Notes under the pieces: generated by a model
The model's database searches: none
Seen by the model: only the letters and a program-made list of their open reading frames with translations
What the model was told of the DNA's origin: nothing
DNA from: Octopus sinensis
Taxonomy: Eukaryota
Direction: 5' to 3'
NCBI RefSeq assembly: GCF_006345805.1
Contig: NW_021834961.1
Location: forward strand, 1-52,148
Length of the DNA stretch: 52,148 nucleotides
Position numbers and translations under genes: made by a program
Shown here: positions 35,388 through 49,410 of the stretch, piece after piece
Layout: each line of letters begins with the position of its first letter
Position numbering within the stretch: position 1 is the stretch's first letter

Positions 35388-36438
35388 CGTATGCATACCA
35401 CATACATACTGATATATCTAATGTATATATATATATTATAATATAGATATATATGCCATAACCATACATCTGATACATTTGTGCCACACATATATATATA
35501 TATATATACAATGTTCATCCACAATTTATGCTAATAGAAAGATGTGTGTCTGTACTCATATATAGTACATATATAAGCTTGTGTGTGTGTGTGTTTGTAT
35601 GTGCGTGTGTGTAAAGATAGACAGACAGTTATATGCTCATGCAGACAGACATGATATACACACATATCCATATATGCATGCATATATATACATATATAAA
35701 CAAACAGACACACACACACACACACACACAAATATACATACATATACACACACATGTATATCTATACCTATCTACCTATCTATCAATATATATATATATA
35801 CACAAATATATATATATACACACACATATATATACACACATATATATACATATATATACATATATATATACACATATATATATATATTTCTTAATGAATC
35901 AGATCATCTTATTTATATCATTGAAAATGCTCTGTCTTTGATTCAATCAATTTGGAATGGCACAGAAGTACGGAAGATAAAAGTCAATTTGAGTTGTGTC
36001 GAGTCGCTTGAGGTGAATGAATAAAGATTAATGGATACGCATTCGCACACACACGCACGCACGCACGCACGCGCACGCACACACACACACACACACCACC
36101 ACCAACGCCGCCGCCACCACCACCGCACACAGCACATAATGAATGAATCTTCAAAAGCACAAAGCTATAGAGCTATAATAGCAGAGGTGTGAGGCAGGGA
36201 TGGAGAGACTAACAGGTGTGTGTGTGTGTGTGGATATATGTGTTTATATATGCATGCATAAATTTGTGTGTGTGTGTGCGTGTGCTTATATAGTTTATAG
36301 TTGCATGTATGAATATGGGTATATAAATATGTGGAAAGATAAATATCTATATACACACAAACATACATATATCATACAATGCATATACAATGTATGTATT
36401 TGCACACAAATTCATATTATATATATATATATATATAT

Positions 36439-36471
<33 letters not shown>

Positions 36472-36472
36472 C

Positions 36473-36507
<35 letters not shown>

Positions 36508-37255
36508 GCATACATATATATATATATACATACATATATATATATATACATACATAGATATATATTCACACTTATGCATATACATACAAAAACACATATA
36601 TATAAATGTGTAGAGATATAAATAGATAAATATATCTATGTGTGTGTATATATATATATATATAAATACACACAAATATATAATATATATATATATATAT
36701 AAATACACACAAATATATATAATATATATATAACATAAATATAAATATATATACATATATATAAACATATAAATATATATATATATATATAAAAACATAT
36801 AAATATATATATAAACATATAAATATATATATATATATAAACATATAAATATATATAAATGAATACAAATACATATATATATGCATATATTTTTGTATGT
36901 TTATCAATAGATAGCTATTAATAGGTGTATAAGTGTGTGCATATATATATATATATATATAGGGGTGTGTGTGTGTGTGTGTGTGTTTGTGTAAATAATA
37001 AATTACAAGAGACTGTATAGAGTACTTTAAATCGATACAGGATTACAAAAATACTCTTGGTCTAGTCAGAACCATATGTTAAATTCTGGCTTCCACTTAC
37101 AAGTAGAAATTGTCTGTGATTTGTCATTTATAATTTTTCCCAGATAGGAAAGTGATACAGATCAATGTGAATGGTGCTGTTGATAACGACAGCAATTTGT
37201 TTGTTATTCCAAGAGTTACCATTTCAATAAAGAGTGTTTGCTCCCACTGAAAAAT

Positions 37256-37296
<41 letters not shown>

Positions 37297-37307
<11 letters not shown>

Positions 37308-38190
37308 CCCTGATGCCGTACCAGATGCCCTGATGCTGTACCAGATGCCCAGATGCCATACCAGATGACCTGATGCCGTATCAGATGCCCTGATGCCATA
37401 CCAGACAGTGGCTTTCATGGCTTCTGATCTTAACTGATTGGAAGTGTTATCATGTACATTGTATGTCTTGGTATAAAAGATGGGCTACAGCAAATATTCT
37501 GCTCAATACCACGGATTTGCTTGTCAGTTGCTTGACCTTAAACAGTTGAGCATGTCCCTTAGTGGCTGACGATATGTGCATCTCTGATCATGAGCAGAAA
37601 TAGTAATAATAATGCCCTGATGCCGTACCAGACAGTGGCTTTCATGGCTTCTGATCTTAACTGATTGGAAGTGTTATCATGTACATTGTTTTGTTTTGGT
37701 ATAAAAGATGGGCTACAGCAAATATTCTGCTCAATACCACAGATTTGCTTGTCAGTTGCTTGACCTTAACCAATTGAGCATGTCTCTTAGTGGCTGACGA
37801 TATGTGCATCTCTGATCATGAGCAGAAATAGTTAGGGGAGCATCAAAGCCGTGTGTTGAAAGGAATTCTTAGAGATTTGGATAATTCACTTTTGGAAACA
37901 TGGGTGGTTCATTCAACATCCTTAAACAACCCTTATTCAGGAACCATTTGAACGGGATGGGCTACTCAACCAGAAGAAAATTCTAACTGGGCTCCACCTG
38001 CAAGGTCATGCGCTGTTTATCTTGATATGAGATCACCACGTCGCGCACACATGCTTGTGATGCATGTGCCTGGTGTACCTTTATCAGATGGGTAGTCATG
38101 ATGGGTATACTGGGCTACGTATATTTTACCCCAGTGTCACTTTGATGGCATGCACTGCTCTCTCACTCAATAATAATAATAATAATAATA
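37297..38190 (+). mobile_element. Unclassified retroelement-like 3' fragment ending in (AAT)n, with an 18-bp minisatellite and a ~227-bp internal duplication
   Basis: GCCCTGATGCCGTACCAGAT-like repeats at 37297-37405; CCAGACAGTGGCTTTCATGG at 37401 and 37628; (AAT)n tail. Confidence 0.5.
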
Positions 38191-38651
38191 ATTATCCTTT
38201 CTACTAGAGGCACAAAGCTGGAAATTTGGTGGGAGGGCTTCAGTCAGTTATATCAACCCCAGTGTTTCACTGGTACTTAATTTAACGAGCCCAAAACGAT
38301 GAAAGGCAAAGTCAACCTTGGTGGAAAATGAACTCAGATTGTAAAGACACAGATACCACTAAGCATTTTTCCACTGTGCTAACGATTCTGCCAGCTTGAC
38401 ACTTTCAATAATAGTAATAATAATGATAATAATAATGGTTTCAAATTTTGCCACAAGGGCAGCAAGTTTGCATGAGGGGATGAGCCAATTACATCGACCC
38501 CAGTGTTCAAATGGCACTTATTTTATTGACCCCGAAAGGATAAAGGACTAAGTCAACCTCAACAGAATTTGAACTCAGAATGCAGCAATGGGTGAAATAC
38601 CATTAAGCATTTCTTCCACTTTGCTAACAATTCTGCCAGCTCACTGCTTTC

Positions 38652-38686
<35 letters not shown>

Positions 38687-39753
38687 TAATAGTTTAAAAT
38701 TTTGGCATAAGGCCAGCAATTTTAGGGAGAGAATTAGACATTTAGATCAGCCCCAGAGCTCAACTAGTACTTATTTTAGCCACCTCAAAAGGATGGAAAG
38801 CAAAGCCAACCTCAGTGGAATTTGAACTCAGAACATAAGGCCCGACAAAATGCTGCCATACAGTTTGCCCAGCAAGGTAATGATTCTGCCAGCTCAGCAC
38901 ATTAGAGCATTGGGTTCAATACCACCCAACCTGAAGAAACATCTAGAAACCTTAGAAATACCCTACAATCCAAGTGTGTTGCAAAAATTGGCTTTACTTG
39001 GAACTGCATGCATATTGCGTAAAGTACTGTCTGCCTGAGGTCCTTGTTGTGACTTAGCAGACAGTATAAACCCCTGGTTTATATTTTCAAGAACACAACA
39101 CGCAGCCTGGTCCGGGAATCGAACTCACAAGCTCACGATCATAATCTCGACACTCTAACCACTGAGCCATGCACCTTCACTGAATACTAGTTCCATAACC
39201 AACCTACTTACAGCTTGCAAAGCCTTTATCACAGTAATATCACAGAGGATAAATAAGCATCAGGAACTAACAAAAACAACTGATTTTCAGAAGAACAAAA
39301 AGAACACTGCAAAGGCTTGTGTGGCTGTAAAGATCCGTTACTGAAGAATTGATCAATAAAGTTTTAACCAAAGACTGAAGAAGGAAACCACCAAAGCATG
39401 GCATGGACAGAGTGCCAGAAGTTTTACCAGAATATTTTTGCATACAAAGAGGTTGTGTGGTAAGCAGCTTGCTTACCAATCACATGGTTCTGGGTTCAGT
39501 CCCACCTTCTACTATAGCCTTGGACCAACCAAAGCCTTCGAGTGGATTTGGTAGATGGAAACTGAAAGAAGCCCGTAGTGTATATATATAGGCGTAGGAG
39601 TGGCTGTGTGGTAAGTAGCTTGCTTACTAACTACATGGTTCCAGGTTCATTCCCACTGCATGGCACCTTGGGTAAGTGTCTTCTACTATAGCCTCGGACC
39701 AACCAAGTGGATTTGGTAGGCAAAAACTGAAAGAAGCCTGTCGTGTATGTATG

Positions 39754-39784
<31 letters not shown>

Positions 39785-41028
39785 TTGTGTGTCTGTGTTT
39801 GTCCCCTACCATCGCTTGACAACCGATGTTGGCATGTTTACAAACTCACTAACTTAGCAGTTCAGCAAAAGAGACTGATAGAATAAATACTAGGATTACA
39901 AAGAATAAGTCCTGGGGTCAATTTGTTCGACTAAAGGCGGTGCACCAAACTGGTGTTGGTGTAATTATGTCCCTATAACTTAGCAGTTTGACAAAAGACT
40001 GATAGAATGAGTTCTAGGCTTTAAAATGTAAATACTGAGATCGATTCATTTGGCTAAGATTCCTCAAGGTGGTCCTCCAGCATGGTCGTAGACTAATGAC
40101 TGAAACAAGTGAAGACAAAGACATCATGATGCAAACAAAAAATATAATTATAAAAACTAACGCCATCCCTACTAGAAGGGGAAGATTCCAAGGCAACTCT
40201 TCCTCCTCTCTCTCTCATTCCTTCTCTGTATTTCCTCACAGTCAGATGTTAAAACCTTCAACCAGCTTGTCAAAGCTGTCTGAACTCACACGTAAATGTT
40301 ATGGGAAAATATAATCATCTGCATTTGGATGACAAAGAGTTGTACTCTGCAGGTGATAGAAAATTTGCAACCAGAAACACAGCTACAGATACTTTATGGA
40401 TTTACTAGATGAGGTGATGCAAGACAGTGTCGAGTCAAATTTCATGAGTAGAAAATTCAGGAACATTGATATTCATCATCATCATCATCATTTAGCGTCC
40501 GCTTTCCATGCTAGCATGGGTTGGACGGTTCAACTGGGGTCTGGGAAGTCAGGAGGCTGCACCAGGCCCAGTCTGATCGGGCAATGTTTCTATGGCTGGA
40601 TGCCCTTCCTAATGCCAACAACTCTGTGAGTGTAGTGGGTGCTTTTTACGTGCCACCGGCGCAGGTGCCAGACGGAGCTGGCAAACAGCCACGGTCGGAT
40701 GGTGCTTTTTACGTGCCACAGGCACGGGGGCCAGGCAAGGCTGGCAAACGGCCATGGTCGAATGGTGCTTTTTACGTGCCACCGGCACTGATATCACAGC
40801 TGCAATTTCCATTGGTGTTGATCGATTTCGATTTTGATTTATGTTTAGTAAAGAACAAGAGATAAGAGAACTGAAACAAACACTAAATTACAAATAGTTA
40901 AGAATCAGTAACCGTACAATACACAAATAGAGGAAAACATCAGGAAGGAATATCATAAATCATTAAAATAATATTTAAAACAACTAAAAGATATTTTAAG
41001 GAAGATTTGAAAGGGTATTTGATCCATA

Positions 41029-41193
41029 GGCGCAGGAGTGGCTGTGTGGTAAGTAGCTTATTTACCAACCACATGTTTCCGGGTTCAGTCCCACTGCGTG
41101 GCACCTTGGGCAATTGTCTTCTACTATAGCCTCGGGCCGACCAAAGCCTTGTGAGTGGATTTGGTAGATGGAAACTGAAAGAAGCCTGTCGTA

Positions 41194-41231
<38 letters not shown>

Positions 41232-41450
41232 TGTGTGTGTTTGTGTGTCTGTGTTTGTCCCCCTAGCATTGCTTGACAACCGATGCTGGTGTGTTTACGT
41301 CCCCATCACTTAGCGGTTCGGCAAAAGTGACCGATAGAATAAGTACTGGGCTTACAAAAGAATAAGTCCTGGGGTCGAGTTGCTTGACTAAAGGCGGTGC
41401 TCCAGCATGGCCTCAGTCAAATGACCGAAACAAGTAAAAGAGTAGAGTAA
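41029..41450 (+). mobile_element. Full-length CORE-type SINE with an internal microsatellite
   Basis: GGCGCAGGAGTGGCTGTGTGGTAAG head through the GTAAAAGAGT tail. Confidence 0.85.
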
Positions 41451-42711
41451 ACGAAATTTTTTTCAACCCTTTTTGTACTGCCGAATGGATTTCCCACTAC
41501 CAAACATTTCAGAGATGATTTTTTTATAAATTGTTTAAACTCTTATGAAATAACTTTCAGAATGTTAAGGAAAAACATAAATTTTACAACACTGCTTCAC
41601 ATGTCTACAATATTATTCTGGGGTTAGCAGAATCAAACAGATGAATTTGTTAGATTTAATCATAGAGAATGACTTCAAAATACTATCACACCATATATAT
41701 GGTTGTATGCATGTATGCGCGTCTAGCATGGATGTGTTTGTGTGTTTGCATGTTGGTGTGTGCATGGATCTATGTGGATGAATTAGAGAGTGTCTTCTAA
41801 AAGTTTCCATCCAAATCACTGAATCTATTAAGGAATTGAACAAATTGCCATTGGAAAATGATACACAGAAATATACATATTTCTGAAAAAGATTCTTTAC
41901 GAAAAAAAATAAAACATATACATGTATATGTGCAAGTGTGTATGTATTACAAATGAACAAATATATATATATGTATGTATGTATATATAAGAACCATCTT
42001 CAACTTTTTGTAAAACATACTTTCATTGTATTATTTCTTTTATTTGATTTTTATTTGATTTTTTTTTTTTTTTTTTTTCTTTTTCCTAATGACAGATTTA
42101 AAAATATATTCTGTTATTTCAAACTCTCTTTTTAAAAAAAAGTCTTCCCCTCTGAATATTTAAAGAGTCAAATAATATGAGCCAGAAGAAAAAAATGACA
42201 GGTTCATAAGGAAAAAATCCAATGGATTGCATGAATGTGCAGGGGTGGGGCAGTGGGGGTAGGGTTGTAATGCACAGATTTATAGGGTGAACGCTTTATA
42301 CACCCTCTTCATTATATATATATATTATAAGATAATTTATTCCTAAGACTAACTCCAATATACTTGAGTATTTAGATTTCTACTAACATTTCTGCAATAG
42401 TCAAGAATTATTTATTTATGTGTGTATGTGTGAGTGTGCATGTATGTATGTATGTATGTATGTACATGTGTGTGTATATGCATATATATATGTGTGTGTT
42501 TGTATGTGTTATATATATATGTATGTATGTATGTACATGTGTGTGTATATGTATATATGTGTGTGTGTGTGTGTGTTTGTATGTGTTATACATATATGTA
42601 TGTTTTATATATGTATATATATATAATATATATATATATATATAATATATGTTTGTGTGTTTGTATGTGTTATATATATATATGTATGTATGTTTTATAT
42701 ATGTACATCTG

Positions 42712-42746
<35 letters not shown>

Positions 42747-42762
42747 TTGTATGTGTTATATA

Positions 42763-42798
<36 letters not shown>

Positions 42799-43676
42799 CA
42801 TGTATATATGTATGAATACATGTGAGTCCATGTGTGTGTGTGTATGTATATATGTATGTATATGTATGTGTGTGTGTGTATACATATCGATAAATAGAGA
42901 TAGGGAGGGAGTGTGTGTGTGGGCAAGTTAGAGAGGGGGCAGAGAATGAGTGAGGGAGAGAGAATGGCAGAGATTATCAAGTATATCTATAAAATACTGA
43001 CATTGCCTTCGGACATTAAATGGCGTATATGCTTGCATATCTGAATGTGTGTGTATGTGTGTGTGTGTGTGTGTATGGATGGATGGATGGATGAATGAAT
43101 ATGTAGACTTTTCTGTTGAGCTTCCACTTTAAATATATTTACAAAACAGCAAGCATTCAATTACTTGGATTGTACAGCGATACTAATTTTATTGATTTTG
43201 CAACCTTCTATCGAAATCATTGAGAAAAACTGATACAGAAGAAGGGAAGGGCAGTGAGAGGTGGAGAGAGAGGGAAGGAAACAGAGATGGAGTGAGGGGA
43301 AAATGAGAGATGAAGAGGGGATGAGAGAGAGAGAGAGATTGTAAGAGAATAAAGAATCAGGCGATAAAAATTTGACATTTTCCCATTCTCTTCCAGAAAC
43401 CCCTCAATCTATCTGCACTCACATAAATACTTATTTTATATATATATACATACATATAGGTATGAGCATATGTGTATACACACACACATATATATATACA
43501 TACATATACACACACACAGACAAATATACACACTTGTATGTAGATATAACCCCCACCTCACCACAAACACACATACACACACACATGTATATGCACATAT
43601 GGATATATATGCAGACCCATAGTCATATATATGTATGTACATATATATATGCATTTATACCTAAACATATGCACAA

Positions 43677-43707
<31 letters not shown>

Positions 43708-43797
43708 CACACAGACAATTACATATTTCTATATAGGTAGAAATATATGTATACACACACATATACTTGACAAACATTTTATCCAATGCTGTGTGTG

Positions 43798-43830
<33 letters not shown>

Positions 43831-44213
43831 ATGTACATACATACATGTGTGTATGTGTATATATATACACAAACGTATCTATATCTACACACACACACAC
43901 ACACGCACGCACGCACGCACACATGCACACAGACGCGTACGCACAAGCAGCAAGAAATGTGAAGTTATATTTAAATAATTTCGCAATAAATTAGATTAAT
44001 TTTTCTACCATAGAATTTTAGATTTGAAAGATGAATATTACGTTCTGAATATGTATGCTACATTAAATTCACTCAAACTGCAAAGAATGAATTCAGATTT
44101 TTACTGAATTTATAACTCTTTATTAAACAACACCAAAAACAACAATAACAACAACTAGAAATCGTATAAAAATTTATTTTGTCTTATCTTTTTTTTTTGT
44201 ATTATTATTATCA

Positions 44214-44248
<35 letters not shown>

Positions 44249-45131
44249 GGTGATGGTGGGAGAAGGAAGAAGGATCATAAAATTGAATTAGGATAGGATG
44301 ATGATCATTCAAGACCTGTTAGAAAAAAAGTTTTTGTTTTTTTTTATTCGAAAAAAAAAAAAGTGAATATTACTGTTGAATACAGTTTTAAAAATTTATT
44401 ATATTAAAAATTAAAATACGAATTTAAGAAACTGACATAAAAGAAGAAGGAGAAGGAAAAGATGAAGATATGTAAGAAGGAAACATATAAGAAAGACGAA
44501 GGAAAAGAATGATTCCTCATGAGAAGATATTTACCCAAAGGTGTAACAGTTAATTTTTTCTGACTCTATTTTTCATGAGCAGCAACATAATTAAAAGAAA
44601 ATAGAAAAATAAAGCAAGAAATTCCTGTTTCGCTTATTAATAATAATAATTGTTTCTAATTTAGGCAGAAAGTGAGCAATTTCGAGACAAGGGTGTTAAC
44701 TGATACCATCGACTCCGGTACTCGACTGGTATTTTACTCCATGAACCCCCGCCATAGTAATGACAATAATAACACAATTGTTTCCAGTTTAGGAACATGG
44801 TCAACAGATTTTTGAAGGGAGGTGACAAGGCAAAACCCCAGTATTTGACTGCTACTAAGTCAAACACATGTGTATATATGTGTATACATGTATATATATA
44901 TATATATATGTATGTTTTATGTATGTACATATGTGTCATCATCATCATCATCGTTTAACGTCCGCTTTCCATGCTGGCATGGGTTGGACGGTTCAACTGG
45001 GGTCTGGGAAGCCAGAAGGCTGCACCAGGCCCAGTCTGATCTGGCAGTGTTTCTACGGCTGGATGCCCTTCCTAACGCCAACCACTCCGTGAGTGTAGTG
45101 GGTGCTTTTTACGTGCCACCCGCACTGTGTG

Positions 45132-45172
<41 letters not shown>

Positions 45173-45596
45173 TTGTATGTGTTATATATATATATATATT
45201 ATATATATATATATATATTATACACGTATGTATGTATGTATGTACATGTATATATGTATGAATACATGTGAGTCCATGTGTGTGTGTATGTATGTATATG
45301 TATGTGTGTGTGTGTGTATATGTATCGATAAATAGAGATAGGGAGTGAGTGTGTGGGCAAGTTGGAGAGGGGCAACTGAATGCTAAAGGCTGAAAAGCTC
45401 ATTGAAATTAGCAGTTATCTGACAACAAAGTCAACTTTAGACAAGGTCACTTGGTATTTTCAGTGAAAAGATCATCTTCTGGCTCTGTGCTTCCAAACAC
45501 ATGGAAGTATAAACAATCCCTTACTTCAAAAATTGATCCAAGTCAGTACCACGAAGTGTACCATGCTGTGAAACAAAAACCTGGCTAAAATGTAAC

Positions 45597-45830
45597 TTAT
45601 TTCTTTATTACCCACAAGGGGCTAAACACAGAGGGGACAAACAAGGACAGACATAGGTATTAAGTCGATTACATCGACCCCAGTGCGTAACTGGTACTTA
45701 ATTTATCGACCCTGAAAGGATGAAAGGCAAAGTCAACCTCGGCGGAATTTGAACTCACAACGTAACGCAGACGAAATACCGCTAAGCATTTCGCCTGGCG
45801 TGCTAACGTTTCTGACAGCTCACCACCTTA
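45597..45830 (-). mobile_element. Meta-like tRNA SINE monomer
   Basis: Reverse complement of the 20254 family. Confidence 0.8.
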
Positions 45831-46351
45831 AATGTAACCATCTAACCCCTCCAAGCATGGAGAAACAGACGTAAAACAAAGGAATGAACACAATCATGCA
45901 AGTAAGTTAGTCATGTGACATTTCTTATATCTTTCTTGTATTTTTTAGTTGTTTCAGAAAGAATGAGGTGGTTGGATACTGGGGCACCATCCAGAAGGTT
46001 TTAGTTAAACAGATCAACTCCCAGGACTTCCCTTTTTTTTTTTTTTTTTATCAAGTCTGGTACTTATTCTATGAGTTTCTTTTGCTGAGCCACTAAGTTA
46101 TGGGAACATAAACAATCCCACAGCAGTTGTCATACATACACACACTCACAAATACATATATTTATATACACACACTCACAAAAATATATCTATATTTACA
46201 CACACATACACACACACATAATAGATTTCATTCAGTTTCTTATTTCTTTATTGTCCACAAGGGGCTAAACATAGAGGGGACAAACAAGGACAGACAAAGG
46301 GATTAAGTCGATTACATCGACCCCAGTGCGTAACTGGTACTTAATTTTCAA

Positions 46352-46707
46352 ACTCCACCCATCTAACACCCGTGGACATATTTACAAAGTCAGAAAACGG
46401 CACGGCTCCCATGACTTCAGGAAACATTTTTTCATGCTGAGAGTTGCTGAAGCATGGAACAAACTGCCGGCATCAGTTGTTAGTTGTCGGAGCACTGCAT
46501 CCTTCAAAACTTCCATGCTTCCTGAGATTCGCCAACACTACACCTGATTTTCACCCCTTCATACACACACATGCATGTATCTGTCTCATACATTGTTCGC
46601 TTTCCAGACATTTGCACATTACTGCATATACTCTATACGCACTTTCTGACAAGTTGTGGTGCACCTGAGCACTGTATACAATAATTTCATTATTATTATA
46701 TTATTAT
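46352..46707 (+). mobile_element. CR1-clade LINE 3' end nested inside a Meta-like SINE (46245-46830)
   Basis: TRGHIYKVRK...FRKHFFMLRVAEAWNKLPASVV...FK is the CR1 C-terminal signature, followed by a (TAT)n tail. The SINE sequence TACTTAATTT|ATCGACCCC is split around it. Confidence 0.85.
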
Positions 46708-47039
46708 TATCGACCCCGAAAGGATGAAAGGCAAAGTCGACCTCGGCGGGATTTGAACTCACAATGTAACGGCAGACGAAATAGCACTAAGCATTTTGCC
46801 CGGCATGCTCATGTTTCTGCCAGCTCACCTTTCAGTTTCTATCTACCAAATTCACTCACAAGGCTTTGGTCAGCTGGGGATAGAAGGTGCCATACAGTGG
46901 GACTGAACCCAAGACCACATGCCTGGGAAAGAAGCTTCTTAGCCACACAACCATGCTTGCACCTACGCCTGTGCCTTACTTAGTCTCTTTACATAATCCA
47001 AAAAGAAAAACTTATCCTCACTTAAAGTCATCACAGTTT

Positions 47040-47990
47040 AGAATTGCAAACACCAGTAGCTGAAATGAGATTGCTCCAAAGGATCTCTGGAATAATTTTA
47101 CTTGACAGGGTAGGTAGCTTGGAGATCAGGGAGTCTCTTCAGATCGAGTCACTACCTTTCTGCATTGAGAAGTTACAGTTCTTATTTCTTTATTGCCCAC
47201 AAGGGGCTAAACATAGAAGGGACAAACAAGAACAGACAAAAGGTTGAAGTCGATTACATCGACCCCAGTGCGTAACTGGTACTTAATTTATTGAGCCCAA
47301 AAGGATGAAAGGCAAAGTCGACCTCGGCGGAATTTGAACTCAGAACGTAGCGGCAGACAAAATACTTATTTCTTTATTGCCCACAAGGGGCTAAACATAG
47401 AGGGGACAAACAAGAACAGACAAAAGGTTGAAGTCGATTACATCGACCCCAGTGCGTAACTGGTACTTAATTTATTAAGCCCAAAAGGATGAAAGGCAAA
47501 GTCGACCTCGGCGGAATTTGAACTCAGAACGTAGCGGCAGACAAAATACTTATTTCTTTATTGCCCACAAGGGGCTAAACATAGAGGGGACAAACAAGAA
47601 CAGACAAAAGGATGAAGACGATTACATCGACCCCAGTGCGTAACTGGTACTTAATTTATCGAGCCCAAAAGGATGAAAGGCAAAGTCGACCTCGGCGGAA
47701 TTTGAACTCAGAATGTAACGGCTGACGAAATACCGCCAAGCATTTTGCCCGCCGTGCTAACGTTTCTGCCAGCTCACCTGAGAAGTTACAGTTCTGGTAC
47801 GATGCACATGTGATACCTCAGGAAAAAAACCACACAGATGTTTCGAGCTGAGCCATATATCAGATGTCCAAGAGACAGAGAAAGAATGAGTCAATTATAT
47901 TTGGGATGCTGGCCAGAAAGTGTAATGATGGTCACATCTGATAGGACCCTCTGTAGGCAGTACCTGAGAACTCTATCCATACAGCACTTT
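47040..47990 (+). mobile_element. Decayed RTE-like RT C-terminal fragment interrupted by a SINE trimer
   Basis: EMRLLQRISGIILLDRVGSLEIRESLQIESL..IEKLQ matches the EM..LR.I.G...DR pattern and resumes after the TSD at 47796. Confidence 0.6.
47183..47779 (-). mobile_element. Meta-like SINE inserted as one head plus three 184-bp bodies, with a 16-bp TSD
   Basis: TSD GAGAAGTTACAGTTCT at 47167-47182 and 47780-47795; unit boundaries at 47183, 47367 and 47551. Confidence 0.9.
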
Positions 47991-47999
47991 TGGGAATAT

Positions 48000-48382
48000 G
48001 TGGAGGCACAATGGCCCAGCGGTTAGGGCAGCAGACTTGCGGTCATAGGATCGCGGTTTCGATTCCCAGACCGGGCGTTGTGTGTGTTTATTGAGCGAAA
48101 ACACCTAAAGCTCCACGAGACTCCGGCAGGGGATGGTGGTGATCCCTGCTGTACTCTTTCATCACAACTTTCTCTCACTCTTACTTCCTGTTTCTGTTGT
48201 ACCTGTATTTCAAAGGGCCGGCCTTGTCACTCTCTGTGTCACGCTGAATATCCCCAAGAACTACGTTAAGGGTGCACATGTCTGTGGAGTGCTCAGCCAC
48301 TTACACGTTAATTTCACGAGCAGGCTGTTCCGTTGATTCAGATCAACCGGAACCCTCGTCGTCATAACCAACGGAGTGCTTC
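48000..48382 (+). mobile_element. Full-length tRNA-derived SINE with a ~14-bp TSD
   Basis: CACTTT(T)GGGAATAT at 47985-47999 and 48383-48396; same family as 22968-23356. Confidence 0.88.
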
Positions 48383-48829
48383 CACTTTGGGAATATTGAG
48401 CAGAGAAGATGGATCAATAGAGATATATCCCTAACTCAAAATATATAAATTTTCTGCATTGTTGAAAATAAGATGTTACATTATTAAAAACAGCAAATAA
48501 CTGGGATTCATTAATTTCTGTTTTCTTTTTCTGTATTCTGTTTTTTAGACTGAAACACAATACAATTGTTAATATTGGAATAAATACTAACCATAAAAAT
48601 ACGAATAGTTGCTAAGTGCAAATTAAAATCTGTCTAGATTTTAATATTTTATCACTCAAACATTTAGTACTTATATATTATTATATAACAACTTGAACAA
48701 AATTAATTATATTATACATTTTAGTTCTCAAATCCTGATTCAATCTTTTAGTAGTTTCAATACTCAATTATATATATTTTGACATATTCAACAATTATAT
48801 ATAAAATAATTATACAGAATATCACAATT

Positions 48830-49321
48830 ATAATTCTATCTCTCCACCTATCTGTCTATCCATAGGTCAATCTATTTCTCTATTTATCTATCTATCCATC
48901 CATCCATCTAATCACTAATCTTTCTATCAAGCCAACCATCTATCCCTCTGTCTATCTATCTATCTATCTATCTATCCAAACACCTGTCTCTATCTATTTA
49001 TCTATCAAGCAATCTATCTCCATAACCATCCTCTATCTATATTTCTATTTATATCACTAAATAACCACCTATCTATCTATCTATCAATCTATCTCCTTAC
49101 CTATCTAGCCATCCATTTATCTATCTATCCTGTCAAATATTTTCTCTTTAGCCATTCTATCTATCTATCTATCTATTTCTATCTATCTATCTATCTATCT
49201 ATCTTACTATCTATCTGTCTGTCTATCTATCTATCTATCTATCTATCTCCCTACATATCTAGCCATCCATTTATCTATCTATCCTGTCATCTATTTTTCT
49301 CTTTAGCCATTCATATCTCTT

Positions 49322-49353
<32 letters not shown>

Positions 49354-49410
49354 CCTACCTACCTACTTATCTATACATCTATTTCTCCATGTATCCGTTC
49401 ATCTATCCCT
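48830..49410. repeat. (CTAT)n/(CCAT)n GATA-type microsatellite field
   Basis: Direct inspection. Confidence 0.9.

Noticed and set aside
37240-37300. Poly-Ile ORF 37124-37399
   Set aside because: Translation of an (AAT)n tract.
37550-37830. CTGACGA...GAAA at ~37565 and ~37794 as hammerheads
   Set aside because: No stem I or stem III pairing and no NUH site in register.
40200-40460. Plus-strand polypyrimidine tract and CACAG acceptor followed by unique sequence
   Set aside because: All frames stop soon after, the donor is weak and no homology was recognised.
48000-48075. tRNA gene calls for SINE heads (also 23280-23350 and 9150-9227)
   Set aside because: They have A/B boxes but no complete acceptor stem and continue into SINE bodies, with TSDs at two of them.
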